Below, piece after piece: positions 13,855 to 26,687 of a stretch of 64,000 nucleotides of DNA. A program made the translations under genes and the position numbers. The first letter of the stretch is position 1. Every line of letters begins with the position of its first letter. This DNA comes from Eledone cirrhosa (lineage: Eukaryota): assembly GCA_964016885.1 (NCBI GenBank), contig OZ024742.1, positions 272,862,001 through 272,926,000 on the forward strand, given 5' to 3'. The notes beneath the pieces were generated by a model. The model had not been told where the DNA came from. It worked only from the letters and a program-made list of their open reading frames with translations, and did not search any database.

Positions 13855-16089
13855 AACATTTCAAATACAAACCTCTCAGCCCAACCAGTAAAAATTCTCT
13901 CCAAAGGTCTGAAATTCACACCAACACCACAATATCCTAACCCCAACGAGATAAATGACGATATCTCACACTTCTGAAGAAAATTGCGTCTCACAGAGGA
14001 ATTCTTTGACAAGGAGAATAACGACGAATCAATTGTACGGAATAAAAGCAGCTACAACCCAACAAAAGGTAGAAACAGAGTTCTGGACAAATTTTGTGAC
14101 CACATAGCTACCTTCCCATACCATGAACTACCGCAACCTAAACCCAAACCCAACACAAGTCGAAGGGAATGGGAGATTATCCATGAACTAAAAAACAATC
14201 CGGACATGGTAATTAAGGAAGCGGACAAGGGAAGTACTGTTGTCATTATGGAGGCTGAAAAATATAACAATTCTATGTTCTCTCTCTTACAAAATGCTAA
14301 TTACTATGAAAGAGTAAAAAACTACCAGCAATCAAAAATAATGACCAAATTAAACACACTGATTTATCGATACCAGGAAGACCTAACTAAAAAGGAACGC
14401 GATTATTTAACAAATTTTGAATACAAAACCAGCATCCTTTACGGACTTCCGAAGATCCACAAATGTAAAATAATCAACGATGCCTGTAAACAATCCACCT
14501 CAGCCTGCGTGAACACACAATACCCCACAGACCTTAAATTAAGACCAATTGTAGCGGGCCCACAATGTGAAACACACAGATTGAGCAACTTTATAGACAT
14601 ACTACTGAAACCAATACTGAAACACATACCAAGCCTTGTAAGAGACGATCTGGACCTCTTAAACCACCTCCCCAAACATGTCAACAACGACACTATTATT
14701 GTGTCTTTCGATGTAGTGAATCTCTACACAACGATCCCACACCAATACGGACTAGAAGCAATAGGATTCTGCCTAGAGAAATATCCCAATGAGATACCTG
14801 ACAGAATAGAAAAAAGCTCCATCACCGAGGCATTAAAATTCATCCTACAGAACAACTTTTTTGATTTCGATGGCAATACTTACAAGCAAATATCGGGGAC
14901 TGCGATGGGCACAAAAGCCGCTCCAACTTATGCCAACTTAGTCATGGCATACTTAGAAGTCCAGATATATGAACAGTCCAAATCAAAATACGGATTGAAC
15001 TTCCACAAATATTTATCAGAGAATTGGAAACGCTACTTGGATGATTGCCTCATTCTTTGGTCCCACACACTCGACCAACTGAAGAATTTCAAAAACTTAA
15101 TAAACGGCATCAATAACCACATCCAATTCACAATGGAATACAGCCAAGATCAATTCCCATTTCTGGACATCTTAATCACAAAAAAAGACACAAATATCGA
15201 AACTGACATACACTACAAACCAACAGATTCCAAACAATATCTGCTATTCACCTCCAACCATCCAAAGCACACGAAGACGAACATTCCTTTTAACCTAGCA
15301 AGAAGAATTTGCACAATTGTCTCCAATTATGAAACGCGAAATAAAAGACTTCAAGAATTAAAGGAAATTCTACTTGAGAGAGAGTACCCACTATTACTAA
15401 TAAATAATGGAATAGAAAGGGCTAAAGCAATAGGCATTGATGAATTACGGAAACAGAAACAAATTCAAGGTACGTCCAATATTCTATCATATATCTCAAC
15501 ACACAACCCAAGAAATGCGGAAGCTTACAACACTATTCACAATAACATCCCACTACTAAAACAAAACCCAAGAATGAAAAAAGCCCTTGAAACACACAAA
15601 ATAATCAAAAGCAAAAGACAACCAAAATCACTGAAAACATTACTCACCAATGCCAAATTACCTACCACAAACCCACAACCAAGTATCAAAAAATGTGGTC
15701 GCTCTAATTGTGGAACCTGCACTCACCTCATTGAAGGCAACACGTATACATTTAAATCAGGACAAAATTTTACTGTAAAAAATCACTTCACTTGCTCATA
15801 AAAAAATCTACTTTATGCCATTAAATGTAAAGGATGCAATGAAGATTATATAGGACAAACTAAACTCACACTCAGAAACAGAATGACAGTTCATCGCCAA
15901 CAATTACGAGATCCAACCACGAGACAAATACCACTAAGTGCACATCTAGACATTTGCGCAAGTAATAAGACACCCACATTCCAAGTCTTCCCATTTTACC
16001 TTTGCGCTAACAATACAACAGTACAAATGCGAATAAATAAGGAAAATATGTTTATTCAAAAATATAGACCAACATTAAATAAGGTTTAA
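13855..16089 (+). pseudogene. PLE reverse transcriptase + GIY-YIG endonuclease; one frame with two in-frame stops (TGA 13975, TAA 15799)
   Basis: Motifs LSKGLKFTPTP, IKEADKG, YGLPKIHK, LRPIV, SFDVVNLYT, GTAMG, RYLDD, PFLD, YKPTD; CGRSNCGTC linker (Neptune-type); LYAIKC..C...YIGQT..R..H and terminal PTLN. Confidence 0.92.
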
Positions 16090-16581
16090 TATACATTATG
16101 TCAACACCACAATATGACATACACACACACACATAACACCTACTTTAGAAAATAAAAACCCGAACTAAATAAACCTTAAACATACGTTTGCACTGGCAAT
16201 ACAACAGCAAACACGAAAAAGTCAGGAAAATATGTTCATTCAAAAATATTCCTACTAAAGAAATCATTTTCCTACACACACACATATACACACACAATAT
16301 ATATATATATATATATATATTCTCTTCCTCTTAACATGCTAACCATACTCCCACACACATAACACCCATACACACACATAAAAAAAACCCACACCTACAA
16401 CACTCTCCCCATTTCTACTAATAGAACCACTTTCCTACACACATATATATATACACACACAAAAAAAATATATATTCTCTCTATCTAACATACTCGCACA
16501 CACACACATAACACCCATATACACACACACACAACTCCCTCCCCCATCTCTACTAATAGAATCATCTTCCAATACACACAT

Positions 16582-16614
<33 letters not shown>

Positions 16615-17123
16615 AGCACACAAATAAACACATATCTTCAGTCTCAATAGAAAATCTGAACTCTGACACCTGAACTCTGACAGCTGGCCATATTCACTGA
16701 ACCAGAACATTTCTCCCAATCCCTTTTCCCTTGACCACTATCTCTCCATTGTCATAACATTCACTATAAAGACTACAGAATAGTTTTCCAAATAAGGGCG
16801 CAAAAATGTAATGAAAACTTGTTCACGTGACAGCCAAATTTCATTTATAACCAACCAAAAATAATCCTTCGTGAGCCTCATTTTTTCAAGTAAAAAGAAA
16901 TTCAAACACTCATATATGAAAAAACAACCTGTGACCCCCCCCCTCTCTTATTTGAAGAACTATTGTAACGCGAACTGGCGCGAAATTTATTATAATTATT
17001 GACAAACCAATCAAATTACTTCTCGAAAAACCTGGTTTTCGAGCCAGTTTTTCCATATAAAACAAGTAACATTTAGAGACCAACCAGATGTGAGAAAAAC
17101 CACAGACCCTCCATCTCAACTCA

Positions 17124-17161
17124 CCTTTTGAAAAGCAGAAGAACTGCGAAACCGGTAAAGG
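17124..17161 (+). ncRNA. Minimal type-I hammerhead ribozyme (U3-A8 core variant) in 3' pLTR
   Basis: cctt-TTGAAAA-gcag-aagaa-ctgc-GAAA-ccgg-TA-aagg: stems I and II pair; stem III is palindromic (ACCGGU); GUA site. Confidence 0.7.
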
Positions 17162-17230
17162 AACCAAATAAATATATATATTTAAAAAAAAAATAAGACT
17201 TCAGTTGCATTTTCGATTTCAGCCCTTTTT

Positions 17231-17368
<138 letters not shown>

Positions 17369-17399
17369 TTTCTGAATTTGTTTAGCAAGATTCTTTATC

Positions 17400-18709
17400 T
17401 GAAAACGGGTGTTGAAACCGATATTGTTATGCCAAACCCATGACCTTCAAATATCTGATCCGCCGAAACTCTGTTTCAGACCACACCAAAATCAACATAC
17501 TGATTGCGGATTTGGTATGGGTGATGAGAAACGTGTCACGCATGTGAAACCATAAAGAACTAGAGAGACACATACAACACTTCATCCACCGTATGCAGTT
17601 CTCTGGTTACAATCAGAGAGATAAAATTAGAGTATATAGAGGAGCCAGAACCAAATGGGAAAAAAATGGTAAATAATGATACAAATGGGACCTACCTCTT
17701 GTATAGGAGCATATTTTGGAATAGAATAGAAATAACTAGGAATAAGATTAATAGAATAAACTCATGGTATGATAGCAATAAATACCAGAGTGTAATGTTC
17801 ATCAATACAACCCCTAGAGGTGAATTAGCTTACAAATTTAGAAGGGCCCTAGATAAACATAAACTCAATAGCAAGATAGTAGAAAGACCAGGTACCTCCA
17901 TAAAAACACTTATTAGCAATACATACCCTTTTCAAAGATTTCCCTGTATAAGTAAGAAATGTATAATCTATAAACTAAGACCCCCATATTAACTGTAAAA
18001 CTAGAAATGTAGTATATAGCATAAGATGTACTGAAGGACAATGTAGAGTAAAGTGTATAGTGTACATGGGTGAGGCAGCACGTAGTATAGGAGAACGGAT
18101 AAATGAACACTGGCGAGAGCTTCAAGATAGAAAAGAATCGTGCTGTACTCTACCAACATGCTAAAATAGAACATCAGGGTAAATTAGAGAACAGAAATAA
18201 AAATAGAATCTACACACAGAAAAGACGCAATGTTTAGCCAAATCACAGAGGCAATAAACATAAATGAACTCCAACCAAAATTAAATAGAAAAGATGAATG
18301 GAATAGCAACATCACAACTTACAATTAAGGACAACATAAAAACACACACACACATAGAACAAACAACCAACCAGTAACATGTAAATAAACAAATAAATAA
18401 ACAAATATAAACACACACAGACATCCGGATGTAACATATGCGCAAACTAAGCATACAACACACTAAAAAACAAGATGACGTAGGACAGAAGAAAGGGGAG
18501 GCACAAAAACAAAGAAAATAATCCACAGTCACTGAAGAGGTCACAGAATGTGTGACGAAAGAACTTTGACAATATATGAACAACCGTCCAGTTGTGGAAC
18601 CAACCAACCAACCGGAAATTAATAAATTCTTAAATTTATAATAAATTGGAGTGAAAGCAACTGGTGCCTGTTTTTCTTATTGGCAACATGACCCTCCCAA
18701 AGCATAACA

Positions 18710-18710
<1 letters not shown>
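17400..18710 (+). mobile_element. 5'-truncated decayed PLE, Naiad-like (RT thumb, linker, GIY-YIG, 3' UTR)
   Basis: FIHRMQFSGY, LYRS..W, SVMFINTTPRGELA, IVERPGTSIK, C..RNVVY...C..YMGEAARSIGER..EH, LNRKDEW; frameshifts present; (TA)n on both sides. Confidence 0.75.
18528..18570 (+). ncRNA. Minimal type-I hammerhead ribozyme in the Naiad-like 3' region
   Basis: gtca-CTGAAGA-g-gtcaca-gaatg-tgtgac-GAAA-gaac-TT-tgac. Confidence 0.7.
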
Positions 18711-18773
<63 letters not shown>

Positions 18774-18802
18774 ACACACATATATATATATATATATATA
18801 CA

Positions 18803-19763
18803 TAAGAAATACGATTCGCTTCAAGCATAGCCTTATACAATTTGTATACATATTTCGTATTTCGAAAGAAATACGGATTTAGGAAGCCGTAGCTAAGCAT
18901 TCACCTGGGTTGAGGGGGGGGGGGGGGCTAACGTCTTCTGGTGTGGTGATGTCCAGCAAAAGCAACGGGTACAACCGTCTATGCATTTCAGGCTTAACTG
19001 GCCTTCGTCAGGACGATCCCTCCCAACGCTTGCGACTGCTGGACAAGAAGACAGTCGAGAATATATAGTGTTCTCGTTTGTGTAAATGAGGTGATTTTTC
19101 TCATTTGCATATGAAGCTGCATAAGTTGGCTCAACTTATAATAGAAAAGAAATAGGATTTCGCTTCAAGCTTAGCTTTATACAATATGCATAGAAATTTC
19201 TTATTTCGAAAGAAATACGGTGTTAGGAAGTCGTAGCTATGGAAACACCGGGTAGTCCAGCAGTCGCAAGCGGTGAGAAGGATCGTCGCGACGAAGGCCA
19301 GTTAAGCCTGAAATGCATAGACGGTTGTCCCCCTTGCTTCTGCTGGGCATCACCAGAGGGTGTTAGTCCCCCCCCCACGTCTTTGCATAGCTACGGCTTC
19401 TTAAAACCGCATTTCTTTCGAAATACGAAATTTCTATACATATTGCATAAATCTGTGCTTGAAGCGAAATTTTATTTCTTTTCTATTATAAGATGGGCCA
19501 ACTTATGCAGCTTCATATGCATATGAGATTAATCACCTCAATTACACAGAAGAGAAACCTATATATTCTCCGCTCCCTTCTAGTCCACCAGTCGCATGCG
19601 TCAGGAGCGATCGTCCTGACGAAGGACAGCTAAGCATTAAATGCATAGATGGTTGTCTCCCTTGCTTCTGCTCTACTTCACCAGAGGGCGTTAGCCCCCC
19701 AGCGTTTGCATAGCTACGGCTTCCTAAAACCGTATTTCTTTCGAAATACGAAATTTCTATACA
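18803..19763. mobile_element. Non-coding ~330-bp tandem repeat with hammerhead (retrozyme-like); ~1.3 copies on minus and ~1.55 copies on plus, inverted
   Basis: gatcgtc at 19281 and 19609 (period 328); reverse copies at 18803-19245; one HHR motif per complete unit; (TA)n flanks. Confidence 0.75.
18976..19015 (-). ncRNA. Intact minimal type-I hammerhead ribozyme
   Basis: Reverse strand: cgtc-CTGACGA-aggc-cagttaa-gcct-GAAA-tgca-TA-gacg; all core nucleotides present and stems paired. Confidence 0.85.
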
Positions 19764-19814
19764 TATATATATATATAATATAAGATCAAAAGATGGTTAA
19801 AAGAGTTCCATGTT

Positions 19815-19881
19815 TTTTATCATGCGTATTTCAAAAACAAATATCATCATGAGATGACATTTGCGTTTTCGTCAGATAAAA
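19815..19881 (-). ncRNA. Type-I hammerhead motif with long stem II (cleavage triplet AUG, likely inactivated)
   Basis: Reverse strand: ttttat-CTGACGA-aaacgcaaatgtcatc-tcat-gatgatatttgttttt-GAAA-tacgca-TG-ataaaa. Confidence 0.65.
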
Positions 19882-20049
19882 TAGGGATACATGATATGAA
19901 GGTTAAAAAACACTTGTGAATAGTAACGTTTTAAATCAACTTTTAACCATCTTTTGATCTTATATTATATATACGCCAGTCCTACAAACTGTAGAGTGCT
20001 ACTTATCCGATATCTGCATCGCTTTATTGTACTACAATTAAACTCACCT

Positions 20050-20089
<40 letters not shown>

Positions 20090-20207
20090 AGGTGGGCCAC
20101 GGTGGGCCACGGTGGCCAAATCCTGATTTGAAAATCTTTGCCAGGTCATGCTATTAAGTTAGACATTGCCTGGGCCAATACTGGCCAAAACGTATCAACG
20201 TTAAATG

Positions 20208-20256
<49 letters not shown>

Positions 20257-20259
<3 letters not shown>

Positions 20260-22250
20260 CATTTAACGTTGATACGTTTTGGCCAGTATTGGCCCAGGCA
20301 ATGTCTAACTTAATAGCATGACCTGGCAAAAATTTTCAAATCAGGATTTGGCCACCGTGGCCCACTCAAGAGTTAAGGTCTGTCATGCCACCTATCGTTT
20401 TTGTGATTGACTTTTGAGGTGCTTCGATTTTCATGATACTTTGTTTCGTGTGGGGAAACTACAAAGGACAACAGTATTCAATGTGGGGTCTGGCAAATGT
20501 AGAGAAGAGAATGATAATAGTGTGTATATCTCCCAATTAGAAAGTTCTGAGAATCCAGTAACACATTCTGTGGGCCATGTCAAATTTGCTGTTTATATGG
20601 GTGGCCCAACTTATGTTCTTTGCGACAATTACTCCCAAGAATCTGATGTCGTTGGATGGCACGATAGTTTCACCCGAAGTATGGAGGTATGGGAGTTTCA
20701 GTGCAGCTTCTTTTCCAAAGTCGATTAATTCAAAATTATCCTCGTTCAGCGGCATATTGTTCTTTTTCTCCCATTCGATAACAGCTAGTAGATATGATTG
20801 AAGGCATGGCCAGTCACCCCCGCAATTCATGATCTTCTGGAGTTTGGAATCATCTGCAAAGACTCTTATGTTGCTGTGATTGCTGATGTCAGTAATGTCA
20901 TTTATATAGATAATGAAAAAAGTGGGTCTAACCCAGTGCCATGCTGAACGTCACTACAGAGTTTGATTGCACACCTTCGACAAAAACATGTTGGGCTCTC
21001 TCTGTCGGGAAACACTGAATCCATGGCAGTAACTTTCCAGAGACCCCTATGTTGGATAGACTTTTCAGAAGAATTTTGTTATCAACCCTGTCAAAGAACT
21101 TGCTAAAATCAAGGTAGTTGGCATCGGTGACGGAGACGTCTCTCAAAGCTCTCAAAATGTTATCAAAGTGATGCAGTAGATCTGTTAGGCAGTCCATTCC
21201 ATTAAGAACCCATGCTGCTTGGAGTTTCAATAAAGTGGGTTATTCGTGATATCACCACGTTCTCAAATATATTGATGATATTAGAGGTGAGCGAGATCGG
21301 AGAGTAGTTCACTGCATAGTACTTTCTTCCCTTTTGAAAACTGGGACAACAAACTGGGACAGAAAGTTTCCAATAATATAGCAAGTATCTAGTTCCTCCA
21401 CAGATTAGCAAGAGAAAATGCAAGTTGGTGTCAACACACATCCAGGACACGAGCATAGAACGTATCGGGGCTTACTGGTGAATTGTATTTTATTTCGTTT
21501 ATTAACATCAGAGGCGCCAAACATTATGTCCGATATAGTGTGTTGCGGATTGACATCACTGATACAGACCAGATTGGCCATATCATGATTGCTGAAAACA
21601 GAGCAGTATTGTTTCTGCAGTATCTCACCTATGGTTTTGTCATTATCTTTGAGAGTGACATTTTCATCAATTAGAGAGCCAACTGTGGAGACAGTGACCT
21701 TGTGGTTTTTCGTAAATGGAAAGAACGCTTTTGAGGTTGAGTTTGATTTTCTCAATGACCCATTTCTCCTCAGCGGTTCTTTGGATATTGATGATAGTCT
21801 TCATGCATTGTTGGAGGTTATATTTCTTTTTTATTCAAGCAGTGCAATAGCCTTCGAATGTGTTGGTTGCAGCTGGTAGTATTTAAGTGTGTTAATATTT
21901 TTGTTTGCTCTCTTTGTTTTTCTGATAATAATTTTTCTGATTTGGCAATTCTGCACTTAGTTTTGATCAAAGGTGTTGGTGTGATTGTGTTTTGCACATA
22001 GGTTTGTGACTGTATTTACACAAATCTGCCAAGATGTTTTGATGTTGGTGGACCAGCTAACACGTGATAGTTCGTTCATGATTGCATCACATTTGGCATT
22101 ATAGAGTTCCAAGTTATCAAGTGGGTAGGTTGGAGAGAGGTCATTGGGATTAGCTTTCGGCTGAATGAATCCAGGTTACCGAGAACAATGTCACAGTCTC
22201 AAAGAAGTGTTTTCCACTGTAATATTCTTTATAGTGTTAGTGTTATTACT
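20257..22250 (-). mobile_element. Decayed CR1/L2-group LINE (RT and 3' end)
   Basis: NYSPISLTS, YLDFSKFFDRVD..LL..L..IGVSGKLLPWI, FADDSKL, DIRFLGV and ISWATHIN on the minus strand. Confidence 0.8.
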
Positions 22251-22279
22251 AATCAATAAATAGAGTACAGCTCAAAATA

Positions 22280-22465
22280 ATAATTGTTTCTAATTTTGGC
22301 ACAAGGCCAGCAATAACCCAGTACATTACTGGTACTCTATTTTATCGACCCCGTAAGGATGAAAGGCAAAGTTAACCTCGGCGGGATTTGAACTCAGATC
22401 GTAAAGGGACGAAACTATGCTGGAAAGCATGTCCGACCCACTACCGATACTGCCAATTCACCGCA
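22280..22465 (-). mobile_element. tRNA-derived SINE
   Basis: Reverse complement of the 4249-4446 family. Confidence 0.88.
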
Positions 22466-23488
22466 AAGCTTAGAAATAATATATTTGATAACATGTGTAT
22501 GTCTGAAATGCACATATTAAAAAATAATAAAAATAGAGGTTGAAGGAGTAAAAGTGATATCCAGTGACGTGCATTGTATGGTCTGCGTGGAAGCCATTTA
22601 CGTAAATATCTGGGAACTATGAAGTATAGATGTGAAATAAATCAATATAACTTATAGGAGGATAGGAAGAGAAGTGGCCATGTGGATGTTTCAAAGAATT
22701 TGTAAACTCCGACGAAGATTTGATTGTTTTGAGTATGATTTTGTATCATATAGGATGTCGTCCGAGTCTTGATGTAGGCTTTTTTCCTGAGAGCTGATGA
22801 CATACTCAGGTCGTATTAGCCCCACGGTGGCTATAATCCCACATCGGTATCAGGATTCCTATTCGCTATTATATTATAAAGCTCTATAGCATTTAAGGAG
22901 AATTATTCGATAATATTCGCTTAAATTTGACGAAGTAAACCATGATGTAGTCATACATTATTAATGTAAGCTAAGACATATAGTATATAGCCTATTTATA
23001 TTAGCTGATCAGATAAATTTGCATATCGTTTTCATATTCATAGCTGGAATCTTTTAAAATGTTTATTTATAAACATACCGTATAATAACCAGATATAACA
23101 CTTCGAGTATTTCATATATATATCTATGTGAGGGTTAATGCCATTACTTTATGTTCCGGCCGAACCAGTTGTGAATCTATATGCAAATTTGCCTGATCAA
23201 CCAATGTAAATAGGCTTGTAGACTACATGCTTTAGCTTATATAATGTTCCAGCAGTATGCGGTCGGCAGTACCAGATTGATAATGACCAAAGTCAGAAAT
23301 TATGACCTCGTCATCATTAGCTACCCGTATTTAGCTTCTGTTGGAACACACTAGATAGCGATACGTTGTCACTTTCAAACCATAGATGAAGGCTTTCAAA
23401 ATGTTTTTTTTTTTTTATGAACATACAGTTTATCATCGGAAATACAACTTCACGTACTTCATATACAAAACTGTATTAGAGTTAATGC

Positions 23489-23554
<66 letters not shown>

Positions 23555-23561
<7 letters not shown>

Positions 23562-24061
23562 AAGAATGAAGAGTAACATGGTTGGCTGTACAATAATGGC
23601 TTTATTTAAAGTACTGACAATTGTTTCGTTGATCAGGTAAGTCTAGAGACCGCTAATCGCTTGAGGCTGCGTCATTCGATCTCCAATACATTATTTACCT
23701 CTGGTCAACACATCAGAGTACTGATGTATTGACAAGAGGTAAATAATGTGTTGACCAGAGGTAAATAATGTATTGGAGATTGAATGACGCAACCTCAAGC
23801 GATTAGCGGTCTCTAGACTCAGCTGATCAAAGGAACAATTGTCAGTACTTTAAATAAAGCCCTTGTTGTACAGCCAACCATGTTACTCTTCTTTCTTTAA
23901 CTATTATTATTCAAAGTATAACTTGCTTAGAAATTACCACGAACTCGCTGCATAACTATGGAAGCATCTTGTTGAGTCAAATAAAGCCGTACTTTAAAAC
24001 TATCCACGACGCAGGGTACTCACAAACTCTAACTAGATTACCTACAACGATAACTTGTTAT

Positions 24062-24062
<1 letters not shown>
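23555..24062. mobile_element. Fold-back non-coding element (~160-bp arms within 23555-23904 plus tail) with hammerhead-like motif
   Basis: Inverted arms visible directly; (TA)n on both sides; HHR-like motif at 23610-23722 on the minus strand. Confidence 0.7.

Positions 24063-24063
<1 letters not shown>

Positions 24064-24153
<90 letters not shown>
24064..24153. repeat. (TA)n microsatellite
   Basis: Pure TA run; one of many in the window. Confidence 0.97.
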
Positions 24154-24160
<7 letters not shown>

Positions 24161-25025
24161 TAAGTATTGGTATTATTGGGTATAAACGTTACCAGAGTTT
24201 TTAAAGCTCGATGAAATAGTGTTCATGCAGAGCTGGTATATAAAGATTAAAAGAACACCAAAGTAACAGTACACTTTTAAATTAAAACATGATTCAGTCG
24301 ATAGTGCTTTATCCCGAGAATGTGAACTTATAAAATTAGATTATTAAAAGAATTCTTAAAAAATGTTTTTTAAAAACATTATTAGCTGAATTTCCTAATT
24401 TTTTTGTATTGCGACCATCAGGAATGGGTTAAAAATCGGGCCATAAGAGTTTATTTTCACAAATTATGATGTTACATGTAAATCAATTATAAACACAACA
24501 ATATATAGTGAAATTATTTTTTATTTTTCTGATTTCTAACTCCACATCCTAGGGATGATGAGATACAGATGAATCATGTTTAATTTAAAAGCGTATAGAC
24601 TCATTATTAAGTTTATATATATATATTTACGTATGGATTTACCGAACATTTATTATAATGCTCGGTTTGTTTGTAAACAAACATCCCGAATTAAGCCGTA
24701 CAGTGTTTAGCCACCATCGTTGCCCTTTTGTTCAACACAACAAAGGAACGATGTACTAGTTTCAAGCTTATTACCTATCGTCAGCACCGTATACCTTCCT
24801 GCCAGATGATTGAACGTCTGAAAGTATATACTTCCCTTATGCATATTAACGGCTGAGCAGCCTAATTTGCATATCGAGTGAGTTAATCGGCCGGGCGCAC
24901 CGGTAAATCCATAGGTATATATATACGTATATATATATGTGTGCATGTATGTATATATATATATATACATACTACTGTACGTCAGTATACATATATGTAT
25001 GTACGTATACATACTTATCTATCTA

Positions 25026-25080
<55 letters not shown>

Positions 25081-25084
25081 AATG

Positions 25085-26687
25085 TTAACCCCTACGTTTC
25101 ACCGGCTTTTTCTGGACTAAATTAGAATTTTTAGTGTGGTAAACAAATAGCCGAACTTTTTAAGGGGTAATTCATTATATGGGAAGATTATAGTTGACAA
25201 AAGGATTGGTCAACATTTCTTGTAAACACAATTAAATCTTTCATGGCAGCGGGAGGGTGGCTGAACTTGCCTGTAGAACAATGAAGAAGTGGGTGGAGCC
25301 GGTCAAGCGTTGAAAGTGAATTCTATTCAACAAATTCTAAGGAGTGTGTATGAAATTAGGCTAGTTAGGAAGCAGGCGAAGAAGGATAGTGAGAGTGGGA
25401 CGTTATAGAAATGGTTAATAAATTGAGATTAAAAGATAATAAACAAGAAAATGAAAATAATAAAATTAAATATTATAAATAATAATAAAATCTCTGGAGT
25501 CTAATGCAGTTGCTATATTTTTAACTCGTATTGCGTTTTCGGCCAATGTCATATATAATTTACTGTATTGGGTGTAGCAATGCAACAGAAGCCTGATAGG
25601 TTGCCTTGGGTAGGTGAAAGAGGAAAAAGGGAAAGAAAGAGGAGAGGGAGTGGCAGGAAGTGATAAGAAGAGATAAAGGAAAGAAGAAAAGGAAAAGAAA
25701 GGGAAAAGAAGTACATTTACCAATGTATGCTGGGCTTTCCCCTCCGTTGTTCGGCAAGTGGGGAAAAGAAGGATGTTGCAGCCATTGTCTACACCTGTGG
25801 GTCATGAGGGGGTTTGAAGGCGAAGTAAGTCCTACGCAATTGGGGTTTACAAAGCCCCTCATCACCCGGGTGGATAGACAATCGCTGCAATAATCTACTT
25901 TTCCCCACTTGCCGAACAAGACAGGGGAAACTCCAGCAAACATAGGTACATGTACTTCTTTTCTCTTTCTTTTTCTTTTCTTCTTCCCTTTTTCTCTTCT
26001 TATCACATCCTTCCACTCCCTCTCCTCTTCCCTTTCCTTTTTCCTCTTTCGCCTACCGCAAGGCAGCCCATCGGGTTTCTGTTGCCTCACTACCCCCACC
26101 CCAGTAAATTATATATGACATTGGCCGAAAACAAAATACCAGCTATAAATATAGCAACTACTTTAGACTCTAGAGATTTTTAAAAAATCTTTTTACTATT
26201 TAATTTTATTTTTATTTTCTTGTTTATCTTTTAATCTCAATTTATTAACCATTTCTATAACATCCCACTCTCACTATCCTTCTTCGCCTGCTTCCTAACT
26301 AGCCTAATTTCATACACACTCCTTAGAATGTGCTGTATAGAATTAACTTTCGGCGCTTGACTGGCTCCACCCACTTCTTCATTGTTCTACAGGCAAGTTC
26401 AGCCACCACCACCGCCCAACCATTGCCATGAAACATGTAATTGTTTACAAGAAAGTTTTACCAATCCTTTGGACAACTACAATCTTCCCATATAAGGAAT
26501 TACCTCTTGAAACGTTCGGCTATTTATTACCACGCTAAAAATTCTAATTTAGTCCAGAAATAGCCGGTGAAACGGCTTGAGCTCTGCCGTCGGGGTTAAA
26601 CATTTTACTATTACCCACTCTACTACCCTAAGTATTGAGTACTCTGGTGCATTATGGTCCATCTGGTTCATTACCACACTTCCTTTG

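Noticed and set aside
17545-17547. TGA in the Naiad-like fragment as selenocysteine
   Set aside because: The copy has frameshifts and other stops, and no SECIS was recognised.
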